Positions 46,539 to 56,718 of a stretch of 64,000 nt of DNA are shown piece after piece. Below the pieces are notes generated by a model, which was not told where the DNA came from, did no database searches, and saw nothing but the letters and a program-made list of their open reading frames with translations. The stretch is from Polyangiales bacterium. GTDB taxonomy: Bacteria; Myxococcota_A; Polyangia; Polyangiales; Ga0077539. The position numbers and the translations under genes are program-made. Position 1 is the first letter of the stretch, and each line of letters opens with the position of its first letter. The DNA is taken from contig JBGARZ010000010.1 in assembly GCA_044229975.1 (NCBI GenBank), forward strand, positions 256,001 to 320,000. Direction: 5' to 3'.

Positions 46539-47435
46539 ATGGGAAGCCATCGTGTACTGGCGGGACGGGCGGCGTCACGCATCCTGGCGGCGGTGCTGTC
46601 GATCACGGCGTGCCGGCGCGCTACGACGGTCGACGCGGCGGCGGATGCGCGGGTGACGGGCGCGGTGAGGTTCGTGGCGCCGACGGACGTGGGGGCCGTC
46701 ACCGAGGCGCGGCGCATCGTGGCGTGGACGCCGGACATCGCCGAGACGCTCCTCGCGCTGGGGGCGCGCGAGAGGCTGGTGGGGGTTCCGTCGATGATGG
46801 CGGCGCGACCGGAGATCGAAGGGGTGGCGCGCGTCGGGACGCAGGTGTCGCCGCGGGAGGATGTTCTTGCTGGGTTGCACCCCGACCTGTTGGTGGTGGT
46901 GGGCGGCCCGATGGGGCAGGCGCTGGTCGAGCATCGGCCGGAGGGCGCTGGCGTAGAGACGGTGTCGTTCGAAGATCGGGCGGCCTACGCGCGCACGGTG
47001 ACGAGGCTGGCGCAGCGCATCGGGCGACCGGCGGCGGGCACCGAGCTGCTCGCGCGCATCAACGGCGAGCTCGCCGCGGTGCAGAGGGCGACGCAGAGCG
47101 GGCCGCGGCCGAGGGTGGTGGCGCTGCTCAGCCGCGAGCCCATGGTGGTCGCAGGGCCGGGTAGCTTCCTCGACGAGCTGTTGGACATCGCTGGGGGACA
47201 GAACGCCGTGGCCAACACCAACCACTTCCCGGTCGTCGGCGTGGAGATGATCGTGGGCTGGAACGCCGACGTCCTGCTCGACCTCACGGGACGGACCGAG
47301 GGCCTGGAGACGCTGCTGCCCGGGGTGCGTGCGCGTCGCGTGGTGCTGAGCCCCGACGGGATGCTGCGCCCGGGGCCGCGCGTGGGCGAGGCCGCGCGAA
47401 GACTGTCGGCGGCGCTGCACGGGTCGCGGCGGTAG
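46539..47435 (+). CDS. helical-backbone metal receptor (BtuF/cobalamin- or siderophore-binding lipoprotein)
   Basis: Lipobox ITAC; RIVAWTPDIAETLLALGARERLVGV, PDLLVV, GPGSFLDELLDIAGGQN, LRPGPRVGEA. Confidence 0.85.
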   Translation: MGSHRVLAGRAASRILAAVLSITACRRATTVDAAADARVTGAVRFVAPTDVGAVTEARRIVAWTPDIAETLLALGARERLVGVPSMMAARPEIEGVARVGTQVSPREDVLAGLHPDLLVVVGGPMGQALVEHRPEGAGVETVSFEDRAAYARTVTRLAQRIGRPAAGTELLARINGELAAVQRATQSGPRPRVVALLSREPMVVAGPGSFLDELLDIAGGQNAVANTNHFPVVGVEMIVGWNADVLLDLTGRTEGLETLLPGVRARRVVLSPDGMLRPGPRVGEAARRLSAALHGSRR

Positions 47436-47445
47436 GTGAAGAGCC

Positions 47446-49335
47446 CTACGCCGACGGCACGGTCGCCGTGGCCTCGTGCGATGACCGCGCGCCCCACCAG
47501 CGAAACGCCACCACGCTCGTCGACAGCGCGCACCAGCCGAAGGTCGCCCACGCCACGAGCGAGCTGACCGCGTCGCGCGTCGCCCAGTTCAAGCGTGGGC
47601 CCAGCAGCGCGAGCGCCGTGTAGGCGCCCAGCGCAGCGATCGCGGCGGGGAGCGCGGCGGCCCAGGCCGTTCGGGTGAGCGACTCGGCCCGCGGGCGACG
47701 CGACGAGCGACGCGCCCGGCGGGCGAGCGCGTGCAGCGCCCAGGACTTCGCGAGCAGCACGGCGACGCCGATCATCTGGAGACCGACGGACGACGACTGC
47801 GCGCCGGCCCCCACCGCCGGGAGACGCCACGCGCCCAATAGCAGCAGCGCGCACAGCGCCGCGCGACCCCAGGTGAGCATGCGCTCGGCGAGGTGGTTGG
47901 GCAGCGTCGGGGCGTCGCCCGCCTCGAAGCCCGCGACCGTCCACGTGATCGCGTAGGCGCCGAGGGCGAGGTGGAGCGGGTCGCGGAAGAGGTTCCATTG
48001 CCAGGGGAGCGAGCCCTGCGAGCCCGCGACGCCTTGGAAGCCCAGCGCCGTCGAGGCCGCGACGACGGCACCCGCGCCCACCACCAGCGGAGCGCCGCGG
48101 AGCATCTCGCGCGCGGCCACGGCGATCTTCGCGCGCGCGCCGGTGCGACGGGTGGTGGCCAGCGCGGCGCCTGCGACGACGAGGGCCAGCGTGGTGGCGA
48201 GCACGTCGGGGTCGACGGAGAAGATGCCGCTGCCGAAGGGGACCGCCAGCGCCGTCGTCGCGAGCGCCAGCCACCCGAGGCGATGCGGAGCTGACGACCA
48301 CGGTGCGGCTACGAGGGGCTCCGGGTCGCCGTCGCGGTGCATGCCGACGAGGCGCGACGCGCGACGCAGCACCGACGGAACGGGCGCTCCCGCCGACCAC
48401 ACCAGCGCCGCCGCGAGCAGCACCAGCACGGCGGCGAGCACCACGTCCCAGGAGACCCGCGGGTCGAGCTGGCTCACCCGCAGCGCGCGGTCTTCGACGG
48501 CGTCGCCGCGGCGCACGGTGAGCACGGCGTGGTCGCGTCCGGGGGACGGGCGGAAGTCGTCGATGGCCGCGAGGTTGACCCCGTCGAGGCGCAGCAGCAC
48601 GTCGCCGTCGGCCACGCCTGCTTCGTCGGCGGCGCTGCCCGGGTCGACACGCTCGACCTGCAAGCCGCCTTCGGGCGGGAGCACCGGCGCGAGGTGGACG
48701 CCTACGACGGAGAGCGCGCGCTCGGCCTCGGCGAGGGCGGCGCGGGTCACGTCGAGGCCGCGGCCCTGGGTGATGTGCAGGTCGACGATGGGTCCGCGCA
48801 GGGCGCGCGCGGAGGAGAGCACCGTGCCCTGGAGGGTCTCGACCTGCACCGTGACGCCCGCGCGACCACCCAGAAACGACAGCGTCGCGTGTGATCCGGT
48901 GGGCTCCGCGGTGGACTCGCCGGGGCAGCGGGTGAGCGTGCGGACGAGGCCGTCGGTGAGGGTGAACTCCAGGCGGGATGATCCGTCGATGCGCAGCGCG
49001 TGGGAGGCCACCTCGCCGTAGAGCGCGTCGCGGAGCTGGCCGGTGAGGGGGTCGGTGACGACGGTTCCTTCGGGGGGGTCGGTCACCGTGGAGACGACCA
49101 CGGGCTCGCAGCGGGCGGCGCCGGGGCGGGCGAGCTGCGCCGCGAGGCGCACGGTGATGCGGCGGATGTCAGCCGTGGGGGGCAGACCCGTGGTGTGGAG
49201 CACAAGCCGGTCGCCGGGCTCGACCTGCCGAGGGGTGAGCTCGGTCAGGGTGAGCACCTCGTGGGTGGGCTGGGTCTCGCAGCCCGCGAGGGCGAGGAGC
49301 AGGGGCACCACGAGCGGAAGTGACGGGCGACGCAC
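47446..49335 (-). CDS. lipoprotein-signal protein with PDZ domain fused to a degenerate NuoH-like membrane domain
   Basis: Lipobox LAGC; PDZ GLQVERVDPGSAADEAGVADGDVLLRLDG; multi-TM C-terminus with GSQGSLPWQWNLFRDP; start uncertain. Confidence 0.65.
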   Translation of the reverse strand: MRRPSLPLVVPLLLALAGCETQPTHEVLTLTELTPRQVEPGDRLVLHTTGLPPTADIRRITVRLAAQLARPGAARCEPVVVSTVTDPPEGTVVTDPLTGQLRDALYGEVASHALRIDGSSRLEFTLTDGLVRTLTRCPGESTAEPTGSHATLSFLGGRAGVTVQVETLQGTVLSSARALRGPIVDLHITQGRGLDVTRAALAEAERALSVVGVHLAPVLPPEGGLQVERVDPGSAADEAGVADGDVLLRLDGVNLAAIDDFRPSPGRDHAVLTVRRGDAVEDRALRVSQLDPRVSWDVVLAAVLVLLAAALVWSAGAPVPSVLRRASRLVGMHRDGDPEPLVAAPWSSAPHRLGWLALATTALAVPFGSGIFSVDPDVLATTLALVVAGAALATTRRTGARAKIAVAAREMLRGAPLVVGAGAVVAASTALGFQGVAGSQGSLPWQWNLFRDPLHLALGAYAITWTVAGFEAGDAPTLPNHLAERMLTWGRAALCALLLLGAWRLPAVGAGAQSSSVGLQMIGVAVLLAKSWALHALARRARRSSRRPRAESLTRTAWAAALPAAIAALGAYTALALLGPRLNWATRDAVSSLVAWATFGWCALSTSVVAFRWWGARSSHEATATVPSA

Positions 49336-49475
49336 GGCGAATGCGATGGCCCATAGCCCGCCACGGGGGGGCGAGAACAACTTTCCGGCACCGACAAGAT
49401 CGTCCGATGGCGCTATCGGGTCGGGTGGCGGTTGGTGGTATTTTCGCGCCGGTGGTGGTCACGTCCCGGCGGCTG

Positions 49476-52352
49476 ATGGTGCTCCTCGCGCTGCTGGCGG
49501 CGTGCTGGAGCGGCGCGGTGATGACGGGCTGCGGCGGGCTCAGCGTGGTGGGCGCGCCCGAGCTGCCAGGGGACGTTCCCGATGCGGCGGATGCGCCCGT
49601 CGACGACATCGCGGATGTCCCCGTGGCCATCGACGCCGCGGACGTGACGGTGCCCGCGGACGTGACGGTGGATGTCCCTCCGACCGATGTCGTCGAGCTC
49701 GATCAGCCCCAGGACGTCGCTCCCGGCGATGTCGGTGATGTCGGTGATGCTCCCTTCGTCTCGACCGACATCGGCGTGCTCGCGATGAACGCCCGCTGCG
49801 ACAACGCCATCGAGCTCGCCGAAGAGGCCACCCTCGACCACCAGGACCTCTCGCAAGCCGCCTTCCGCACCGAAGGATGCTTCGCCTTCGTCACCGGGCC
49901 GGCGCTGTTCTATCGGGTGACCGTTCCCTCGTTCGACACGGTGGAGGTCGTCGTCACGCCCGCGACCGAGGGGCCGTCGTTTCGGCCCGTCATCCGGCTC
50001 CAGCCGTCGTGCAACACCAACCGCTGCATCGCGCAGGGCGTCGGCGACACCACCGGCACCACCACCCGCTGGACCAACTTCAGCGACCTCCCGCAGACCG
50101 TGCAGGTCTCCGTCTCCAACCAGCTCAACGTGGCGCAGGGGCGCTACCGCATCGTCTCCTCCGTGGGCCGTCGCCCGCGCAACGGCCAGTGCGCCCGCGC
50201 CCTCGTCGTGGCCCCCGGCACCACGGCGCGCGCCCAGTTCTTCGGCGACGCGAGCGACGTGCTCCCCATGTGCGCCGCCTCCACGCACCCCGTCGGCGGA
50301 CCCGCGCTGTACTACCGGGTGACGGTCCCCGCGGGGCAGGTGCTCACCGCCACCACGCGGCCGTCCACCGGGAGCAGCAACGCGCCCATCCTGCGGATCG
50401 TCGGCGGCTGTGACGCGCCCGCCTGCCTCGCCGACAGCGGCCGCGTCGCTGCCGCCGGCAACTCCGTCTTCTGGACCAACAACGAGACCTCGTCGCGCGA
50501 CGTCATCGTGGCCGCGAGCGCCTACCCCGTCACGGCCAACACCGTGCGCTTCGACCTCGGCGTCACCACCTTCGCGCCGCCCACCAACCTCACCTGCGCG
50601 ACCGCCATCCCGATGGTCGGCGCCACCGCGCGCGTCGAGGCCAGCACGATCTTTGGCGCCACCGTGCCGCGGGTCTGCGCTGACATGATCCCCGCTGGCA
50701 ACGCCCTCTGGTACCGGGTGACGGTCCCCGCGCGGACCTTCTTCGTGGGCCGCGTGACGCGCACCGTCGGCGCCACCGACCCGGTGCTCAGGGTGTACGG
50801 CGCCTGCGACGGCGAGTGCCTGAACCCCTCCGTGCGAGGCACCCTCACCCCCGGCGAGACGCGCTGGCTCAACACGAGCGACGCTCCGGCGGAGGTGTTC
50901 CTCGCGGTGTCGGGCCCGTCGGGGGCGAGCGCGAACTTCGCGCTGGAGACGGCGCTCGTCCCGGTGGCGGCCAACGCGACCTGCGCGGCGCCGAGGGCGG
51001 TCACCGTCGGCTCGTACATCCCGAGCATCGACCTCGCGGGAGCCGTCGACGTGCCGCCGCTGTGCGTCGGTCTCGCCGTCGCGACCCCCGCGCTCTGGTA
51101 CCGGGTCAACGTGCCGGCGGGGCGCACGCTGGTGGTGCAGTCGCGCCGTCTCATGACCGCGGCGGGCGACACCGCGTGGTCGCCGACGCTGCGGGTGCAG
51201 TCGGCGTGCGGTGACACCGGGTGCGTCGCGATCTCGTCGGCGGGGACCGAGGACTACAGCGCCGCGGCGATCTGGCGCGCGGGGGCGTCCGACGAGGAGG
51301 TGGTCGTGTCGCTCGGCCGATCGTCCGAGGGGACCAGCGGTCAGGTCGACCTGCGCTTCGACCTGGCGCCGACCTTCGGCAACGACCGCTGCGAGGCCGC
51401 CGCGACCATCGGGCCGGTGGAGCGCCGCGAGCTGTTGCAGATCGGCCGCGGCGGGCCGCTCGTCAGCCAGTGCGGGAGCATCACCATGGGCGGCACGCTC
51501 TACTACCGACTCTCGGTGCCCGCGGGCGCCACGCTGGTCGCCGTCGCGCAGCGCATGGGCGCCATCGGCTGGTCGTCGTTCATGGAACTCTCCAGCGGGT
51601 GCGGCGCGGCCATGTGCATCGACGGCAGCGCGCCGGTCAACGGCACCGCGGCGCTGCGCTGGCGCAACGACGGCTCCGAGGCCCGCGACGTCCGCCTCGC
51701 GATCGGGGCCGTGCAGAACGTCGCCGACGCCATCGCCGCGCTGTCGGTGACGGTCTCGCCGCCCCGCTACACCATCACGACCATCGCCCCGGCCTGCGAG
51801 GAGGTCACCAGCGCGTGGACCGACCTCAACATCCGGGGCGCCGGCACGGCGACCGCGATCCAGCCGCTGCCGTTTGCGTTCCGGTACTTCGGTAGCGCGG
51901 TGACGCACCACAGCGTGAGCTTCAACGGCTTCGCGCAGCTCTGGCCCTCGGCCGCGGGCGTGCCGAGCGTCACGAACCTCAACAACCACCTGCCGTGGCC
52001 GGGGTCGCCTCCGAGCACCGTCGCGCCGTTCTGGGACGACTTCATCTACAACTCCGGGGCGCAGATCACGGCGCGCGAGACGACCGGCGCGGGCCGTCAC
52101 TACACCATCTCGTGGGCCAACCTGCCGCTGTCGGGGGCGAACGCGAGCTTCCAGGCGAAGCTCTACGCCGACACCGACGTCATCGAGTTTCACTACTGTC
52201 GGCTCGACGCGAGCGCGATGGATGTGGCCATGGGCCGCGGCGCGACGGTCGGCCTCCAGGACGCCACCGCCACCGTCGGCGTCGAACACTCCTACAACCG
52301 GATGGGCGCGATCTCGACAGGCGTCGCGCTGCGCTTCACGCCGGTCCGATGA
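49476..52352 (+). CDS. large secreted/lipoprotein with five tandem Cys-containing repeats and a nidogen(NIDO)-like C-terminal domain
   Basis: Five copies of NxxC...L[FYW]YR[VL]xVP; C-terminal LPFAFRYFG..SVSFNGF..TVAPFWDD; start uncertain. Confidence 0.75.
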   Translation: MVLLALLAACWSGAVMTGCGGLSVVGAPELPGDVPDAADAPVDDIADVPVAIDAADVTVPADVTVDVPPTDVVELDQPQDVAPGDVGDVGDAPFVSTDIGVLAMNARCDNAIELAEEATLDHQDLSQAAFRTEGCFAFVTGPALFYRVTVPSFDTVEVVVTPATEGPSFRPVIRLQPSCNTNRCIAQGVGDTTGTTTRWTNFSDLPQTVQVSVSNQLNVAQGRYRIVSSVGRRPRNGQCARALVVAPGTTARAQFFGDASDVLPMCAASTHPVGGPALYYRVTVPAGQVLTATTRPSTGSSNAPILRIVGGCDAPACLADSGRVAAAGNSVFWTNNETSSRDVIVAASAYPVTANTVRFDLGVTTFAPPTNLTCATAIPMVGATARVEASTIFGATVPRVCADMIPAGNALWYRVTVPARTFFVGRVTRTVGATDPVLRVYGACDGECLNPSVRGTLTPGETRWLNTSDAPAEVFLAVSGPSGASANFALETALVPVAANATCAAPRAVTVGSYIPSIDLAGAVDVPPLCVGLAVATPALWYRVNVPAGRTLVVQSRRLMTAAGDTAWSPTLRVQSACGDTGCVAISSAGTEDYSAAAIWRAGASDEEVVVSLGRSSEGTSGQVDLRFDLAPTFGNDRCEAAATIGPVERRELLQIGRGGPLVSQCGSITMGGTLYYRLSVPAGATLVAVAQRMGAIGWSSFMELSSGCGAAMCIDGSAPVNGTAALRWRNDGSEARDVRLAIGAVQNVADAIAALSVTVSPPRYTITTIAPACEEVTSAWTDLNIRGAGTATAIQPLPFAFRYFGSAVTHHSVSFNGFAQLWPSAAGVPSVTNLNNHLPWPGSPPSTVAPFWDDFIYNSGAQITARETTGAGRHYTISWANLPLSGANASFQAKLYADTDVIEFHYCRLDASAMDVAMGRGATVGLQDATATVGVEHSYNRMGAISTGVALRFTPVR

Positions 52353-52372
52353 GCCTGCGGGGAGACGGAGCC

Positions 52373-54511
52373 ATGAACAGCCGATCGCACACGCTCCTCC
52401 TGCTGCTCCCTGCCTTCGCGGTGGCGTGCGCGGCCACGCCGAGGCCCGGAGGAGACGCCTCCGTCGACGCCACCACCATGGACGCCGCGGACGTCGTCGA
52501 TGCGGTGGACGCGGTCGATGCGGTCGATGCGGTCGATGCGGTGGACGTCGTCGTGCCGCGCGACCTGCCGGTGGAGCGTTGCGCGGCGGGCTTCGACACC
52601 GACGGCGACGGCGTCAACAACGACGTGGAGTGCCGCGAAGGAACCGACCCCGACCACTCCGACACGGACGGCGATGGCCTCAGCGACGGGGTCGAGCGGG
52701 GTTATCCGCGGGTGTGCGTCGCGGACGATCGCGCGCGGCAGCGGCGGCCCATCTTGATGTGCACCGACATGGCCGGGTGCATGACGGGCGAGCGCTGCGT
52801 GGGGCTCTCGGCGACGACGCCGGACACCGACGGCGACGGGGTGAGGGACGGCCTCGAAGACCCCGACGGCGACGGGACGATCACGGCGTCGCGCGGCGAG
52901 ACCGACCCGCGGGTGTGGGACACGGACGGCGACGGGCGCAACGACGCGGCGTCGAGCTTCGCCATCTGCCGACCCGACATGCTGGTCGCGCCAGGGCGTG
53001 TGAACATCCCACGCGGGGCCTTCGGGCTCGCGCTCGACCCGGCGTGGGGGATGGCGCGGCGCGAGGTCATGGGGACGACGGACATGACGAGCGGCGCGGT
53101 GCTGCTCGACGACCCGTCGCTGTCGCTCGCGGCGCTGGTGTTCGAGCGGGCGTCGGCTGGGACGGACGTGCGTGTCGAGGCGACCGCGGCGGAGGCGGAG
53201 CTGGTCACGGCGCTCACGGCGGTTCCGGTGCTGGTCGGGCACAGCATCACGACGCACGAGTCGCTGCCCGCGGTGCGATCGCTCTATCGGGTGGCGTCGA
53301 TGCAGCAGGCCGGGGCGCTGCGCGACCGGCTCGCCGCGCGGTGGCTCGGGGCCGCGGTGCCCGCGGGGACGCCCGCGTACGCACCGGCGACGGAGCACCT
53401 GGTGGAGGTGGTGACGGTGTTGCGCACCGACCGGCCGCGGCGCGCGGTGCTGGTGACGGTGCTGCCGACGACGGTGGCCGAAGACCCGCGGGTGATCTCG
53501 TCGATTCGCGCCGACGACCTCGTCAACACCACGTCCATCGCCGACCGCACGAGCCTGCTCGACTTCCAGTGCCAGCGCTTCCAGGCCGAGGGGCAGAGCC
53601 TCGTGGACTTCCTCTGGCTGGTCGACACGTCGGGCTCGATGACCGACGACCAGGAGCGCCTCGGCAACACGGCGACGCGCTTCTTCGCGCGGCTCACGGC
53701 GGCGAACATCGACTTCCGCGTCGGGGTGTTCGAGTCGGGCTCGACGACGCTCAACCTCGACGACCCGGGCTTCGCGTTCATCAACGGCGCCGACCCGGGC
53801 GGGGCGCGGCTGCTGTCGTGGCAGGTGACCACCGCGCGCTACATGAACAACGCGCGCGACATCTACCGGCCGTACACGTTTGCGGGCGCGCAGGAGGAGC
53901 CCGTCGCGGCGGGGGTGTACTCGTACGAGGCGCTCCAGGCGCGCAAGGCGATGGGCACGCTCGACCCCGACCGGCGGCTGCGCGAGGGGGCGACGACGGT
54001 GGCGTTCTTCGTGACCGACGAGCCCGGCACCAACGACAACGCGGCCTTCGGACGCAACGCCGCGCGGTGGGGCGCGGACTACGCCACGCGGCTGCGCAAC
54101 GTGGGGGCGTTCTACCGTGACCAGGGGATTCCGACCTTCGGTCTGATCGCCGACGCCCGCACCGCGTGCTCGGCGATGAACGTCATCGACATGCCCAAGT
54201 GCGTGATCCTCAACAACGGCGGGTCGTTCATCCCGATCACGACGGCGACGGACGCCGAGGTGTCGGCGGCGATGGACCGCATCGTCGAGCGGGTCGCGGG
54301 TGTGGCGAGCCAGTATCAGCTCGATCGCACGCCCATCTCGTCGACGATCCTGGTGCGCATCGACGGGCGGGTGGTTCCGCGCTCGCGGCTCGACGGCTTC
54401 GACTACGACGCCTCGGCGCGTTCGGTGGTGTTCTACGGGCCGACGTACCGACCGGGGCGCGGCGCCGAGGTGGTGGTGTCGTACCGCGTGTGGGCCGGCT
54501 CGATCGGGTAG
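52373..54511 (+). CDS. vWA-domain lipoprotein with DxDGDG Ca-binding repeats (CglD-like adhesin)
   Basis: Lipobox AVAC; DTDGDG repeats; VDFLWLVDTSGSM (MIDAS DxSxS); FFVTDE; VPRSRLDGFDYD. Confidence 0.78.
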   Translation: MNSRSHTLLLLLPAFAVACAATPRPGGDASVDATTMDAADVVDAVDAVDAVDAVDAVDVVVPRDLPVERCAAGFDTDGDGVNNDVECREGTDPDHSDTDGDGLSDGVERGYPRVCVADDRARQRRPILMCTDMAGCMTGERCVGLSATTPDTDGDGVRDGLEDPDGDGTITASRGETDPRVWDTDGDGRNDAASSFAICRPDMLVAPGRVNIPRGAFGLALDPAWGMARREVMGTTDMTSGAVLLDDPSLSLAALVFERASAGTDVRVEATAAEAELVTALTAVPVLVGHSITTHESLPAVRSLYRVASMQQAGALRDRLAARWLGAAVPAGTPAYAPATEHLVEVVTVLRTDRPRRAVLVTVLPTTVAEDPRVISSIRADDLVNTTSIADRTSLLDFQCQRFQAEGQSLVDFLWLVDTSGSMTDDQERLGNTATRFFARLTAANIDFRVGVFESGSTTLNLDDPGFAFINGADPGGARLLSWQVTTARYMNNARDIYRPYTFAGAQEEPVAAGVYSYEALQARKAMGTLDPDRRLREGATTVAFFVTDEPGTNDNAAFGRNAARWGADYATRLRNVGAFYRDQGIPTFGLIADARTACSAMNVIDMPKCVILNNGGSFIPITTATDAEVSAAMDRIVERVAGVASQYQLDRTPISSTILVRIDGRVVPRSRLDGFDYDASARSVVFYGPTYRPGRGAEVVVSYRVWAGSIG
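52484..52550. repeat. 9-bp tandem repeat encoding (DAV)n
   Basis: GCGGTCGAT/GCGGTGGAC units in tandem. Confidence 0.85.
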
Positions 54512-54531
54512 CGATACGTCGCGGGGCGCCA

Positions 54532-55917
54532 ATGGGCATCGACGAGCGGGCACGTCTCCTGAGCGCCTTGCGCGACCCCGATCCGGCGCGTCGGTACTTC
54601 GCCGCCGAGCGCCTCGGCACGCTCGGACTCGATGGTCCCGACGTGCGTCGCGCGCTCCTCGACGCCGCCGAAGACGTCGCGACCTTCGCGCAGGTCGAGC
54701 GCGTCTGGGACGACCCCGACGATGTGCGCGCCACCGAGACGGTGTCACGTCGCGTGGCCGACGCCGCGGTCAAGGTGCTGCGCTCGCCGCACCGCCGCGC
54801 CGATGCCGTCGCCGACATCACGGCGGCCCTCGCGACGCGCGCCCCCGCCGCGCAGACGCGTCTGTTCGAAGTGCTGGGCGAGCTCGCGCCCGACAGCACC
54901 GGGTTCCTCGTCGCATCGCTCTCCCACGCTGATGACGGCGTGCGGGGGGCCGCGGCCCGAGCGCTGGAACATGCGATCCATTTCAGCGAGCCCGCTCGAC
55001 AGATCGAGATCCTCGTTCGGGCGGTCGAGGGTCTGACCGATCCGACGCTCGGTCCGCACTGGGAGCGCCTCCTCGCACACAAGGCGAGCGCATTGGCGAG
55101 CCCGTCGCCACGCCTCCGCGCCCCCGTCATCGGTCACGGACCCGACGTCGACAAGCTCGTGCGGTGGCTCGACTCCGAGGTGGCCGCGGTGCGTGACCTC
55201 GGGCTGACCATGCTCGCCTGCCACCCGAGCGACGCGCGCGCCCGTGAGCTGTTGACGGAGTGGATCACCGTCGGCGCGCGCCGCGCAGTGACCGAGGTCG
55301 CCCCTCGCGATGGCAACGGCTTCCGCTGCTGTCCTGCGTTCGAGTACGCGATGGCGGTGCTCTGCGCCGACTCCGCCGAGGTGCTCGCGGCGATGCGGCG
55401 CGACGTGCCTGCGCTGGACGCGGCCCTGCGGGAGTACGCCGTCCACGGACTGCGAGAGCCGGGAGAACCGTGGTTCATGGTGGTAGTGGCCGCGCGTCAC
55501 CTGACCAACGCCCCGGAGGTGACCGAGACCATCCTCGCGGGCCTGGAGTCGCCGAACGCCGAGCCGGTACTCGCGGCGCTCCTCGTGGTCCACGCCCGCG
55601 CGGCGACGGAGGCGCGCGGGGAGCTGGTGCGGCGGGGCGTTCTCGCGCTGCTGGCGAGCCACAACGAGCACGCGCGCGGCCACGCCGTGACGGAGCTCGC
55701 AGCGATCGATGGGGCGGTCTTCACCGCGACGGTGCTGCCGTTGCTCGAAGGCGCCGGGCCCTTCGACGCGGTGACGTGGCAGATCGCTGACGGCCTCGCG
55801 AAGGCGGGCTGCGATGGTCTTCCCGCGCTGCCTGCGCTGGAGGCACTGGCGGCGCGCACGACGGGCTGGTCACCCGTGAAGCGCGCGATCAAGGCGCTGC
55901 GCGCGCTCTCGGAGTGA
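54532..55917 (+). CDS. HEAT-repeat protein
   Basis: LRDPDPARRYFAAERLG, LSHADDGVRGAAARAL, LDSEVAAVRDLG, LASHNEHARGHAVTEL. Confidence 0.7.
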   Translation: MGIDERARLLSALRDPDPARRYFAAERLGTLGLDGPDVRRALLDAAEDVATFAQVERVWDDPDDVRATETVSRRVADAAVKVLRSPHRRADAVADITAALATRAPAAQTRLFEVLGELAPDSTGFLVASLSHADDGVRGAAARALEHAIHFSEPARQIEILVRAVEGLTDPTLGPHWERLLAHKASALASPSPRLRAPVIGHGPDVDKLVRWLDSEVAAVRDLGLTMLACHPSDARARELLTEWITVGARRAVTEVAPRDGNGFRCCPAFEYAMAVLCADSAEVLAAMRRDVPALDAALREYAVHGLREPGEPWFMVVVAARHLTNAPEVTETILAGLESPNAEPVLAALLVVHARAATEARGELVRRGVLALLASHNEHARGHAVTELAAIDGAVFTATVLPLLEGAGPFDAVTWQIADGLAKAGCDGLPALPALEALAARTTGWSPVKRAIKALRALSE

Positions 55918-55923
55918 CCCACT

Positions 55924-56649
55924 TCAGCGACGGAGGACGGTGTAGCTGCCGGGGTAGGCGCCGTAGTCGAGGGTGGTGACGCCGTTGCGGGTCGTGCCGC
56001 GGGAGGAGGTGAGGGCCGCGCCGATGCGGATGCGCACGCGGCCGCCGCGGGCGACGGTGATGACCCCGGCGTGGACGGCGGCGCCGCAGATGGACGAGTC
56101 GTCGGTGTACGGGCCGCTGCCCCAGACGGTGCCGGGCGTTCCGCCGGGCGCGCACTGCACCTCGACGACGGCGCCGTTGCGGCCGCGGTGGCTGGTGGCG
56201 TTGTTGGACCAGCCGGGCGGAGGCGTGGTCCGGGTGGTCGGGGTCTGGATCATGGCGAGCGCGGGGTTGATGCCGACGAAGGAGAAGCTGCCCGGGTAGG
56301 TCGCGTAGTTGACGCTGGTGACGCCGTTGCGCGCGGTGCCGCGGTAGGCGGGCAGGCCCGGCAGGATGCGCAGCACGGCGTCGCCGCCGTTGGTGCGGTC
56401 GAAGAGGCCGGCATGCACGGCCGCGCCGCAGACGGAGGAGTCGTCGGTGTAGACGTCGGTTCCCCAGACGGTGCCGGGTGTTCCGCCGGGCGCGCAGTGG
56501 AAGCGGACGGTGGTTCCGTTTCGGCCGCGGAGGGAGGTGGCGTTGTCGGACCACGCGAACTCGCGCGTCTGCGCGGATGCGGACGCGGCGAAGAGCGCGA
56601 CCGGGAGGGCGAACGCGACGGCGGCGAGGCGAGGCGAGGGGTGTCCCAT
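55924..56649 (-). CDS. secreted LCCL-domain protein (two repeats)
   Basis: Signal peptide ASA-Q; two CAPGGTPGTVWGxxxYTDDSS[VI]CGAAVHAG units. Confidence 0.88.
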   Translation of the reverse strand: MGHPSPRLAAVAFALPVALFAASASAQTREFAWSDNATSLRGRNGTTVRFHCAPGGTPGTVWGTDVYTDDSSVCGAAVHAGLFDRTNGGDAVLRILPGLPAYRGTARNGVTSVNYATYPGSFSFVGINPALAMIQTPTTRTTPPPGWSNNATSHRGRNGAVVEVQCAPGGTPGTVWGSGPYTDDSSICGAAVHAGVITVARGGRVRIRIGAALTSSRGTTRNGVTTLDYGAYPGSYTVLRR

Positions 56650-56718
56650 GGTGCTCCGACGGTACGGGAATGGCGCGCGTAGGGACAAGGGGATGCGAGG
56701 AGTGGTGCTTCTACAGAC

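Noticed and set aside
43829..52550. CRISPR array from the short repeats
   Set aside because: Repeats are 9-18 bp, in frame within genes, lack unique spacers, and no cas genes are present
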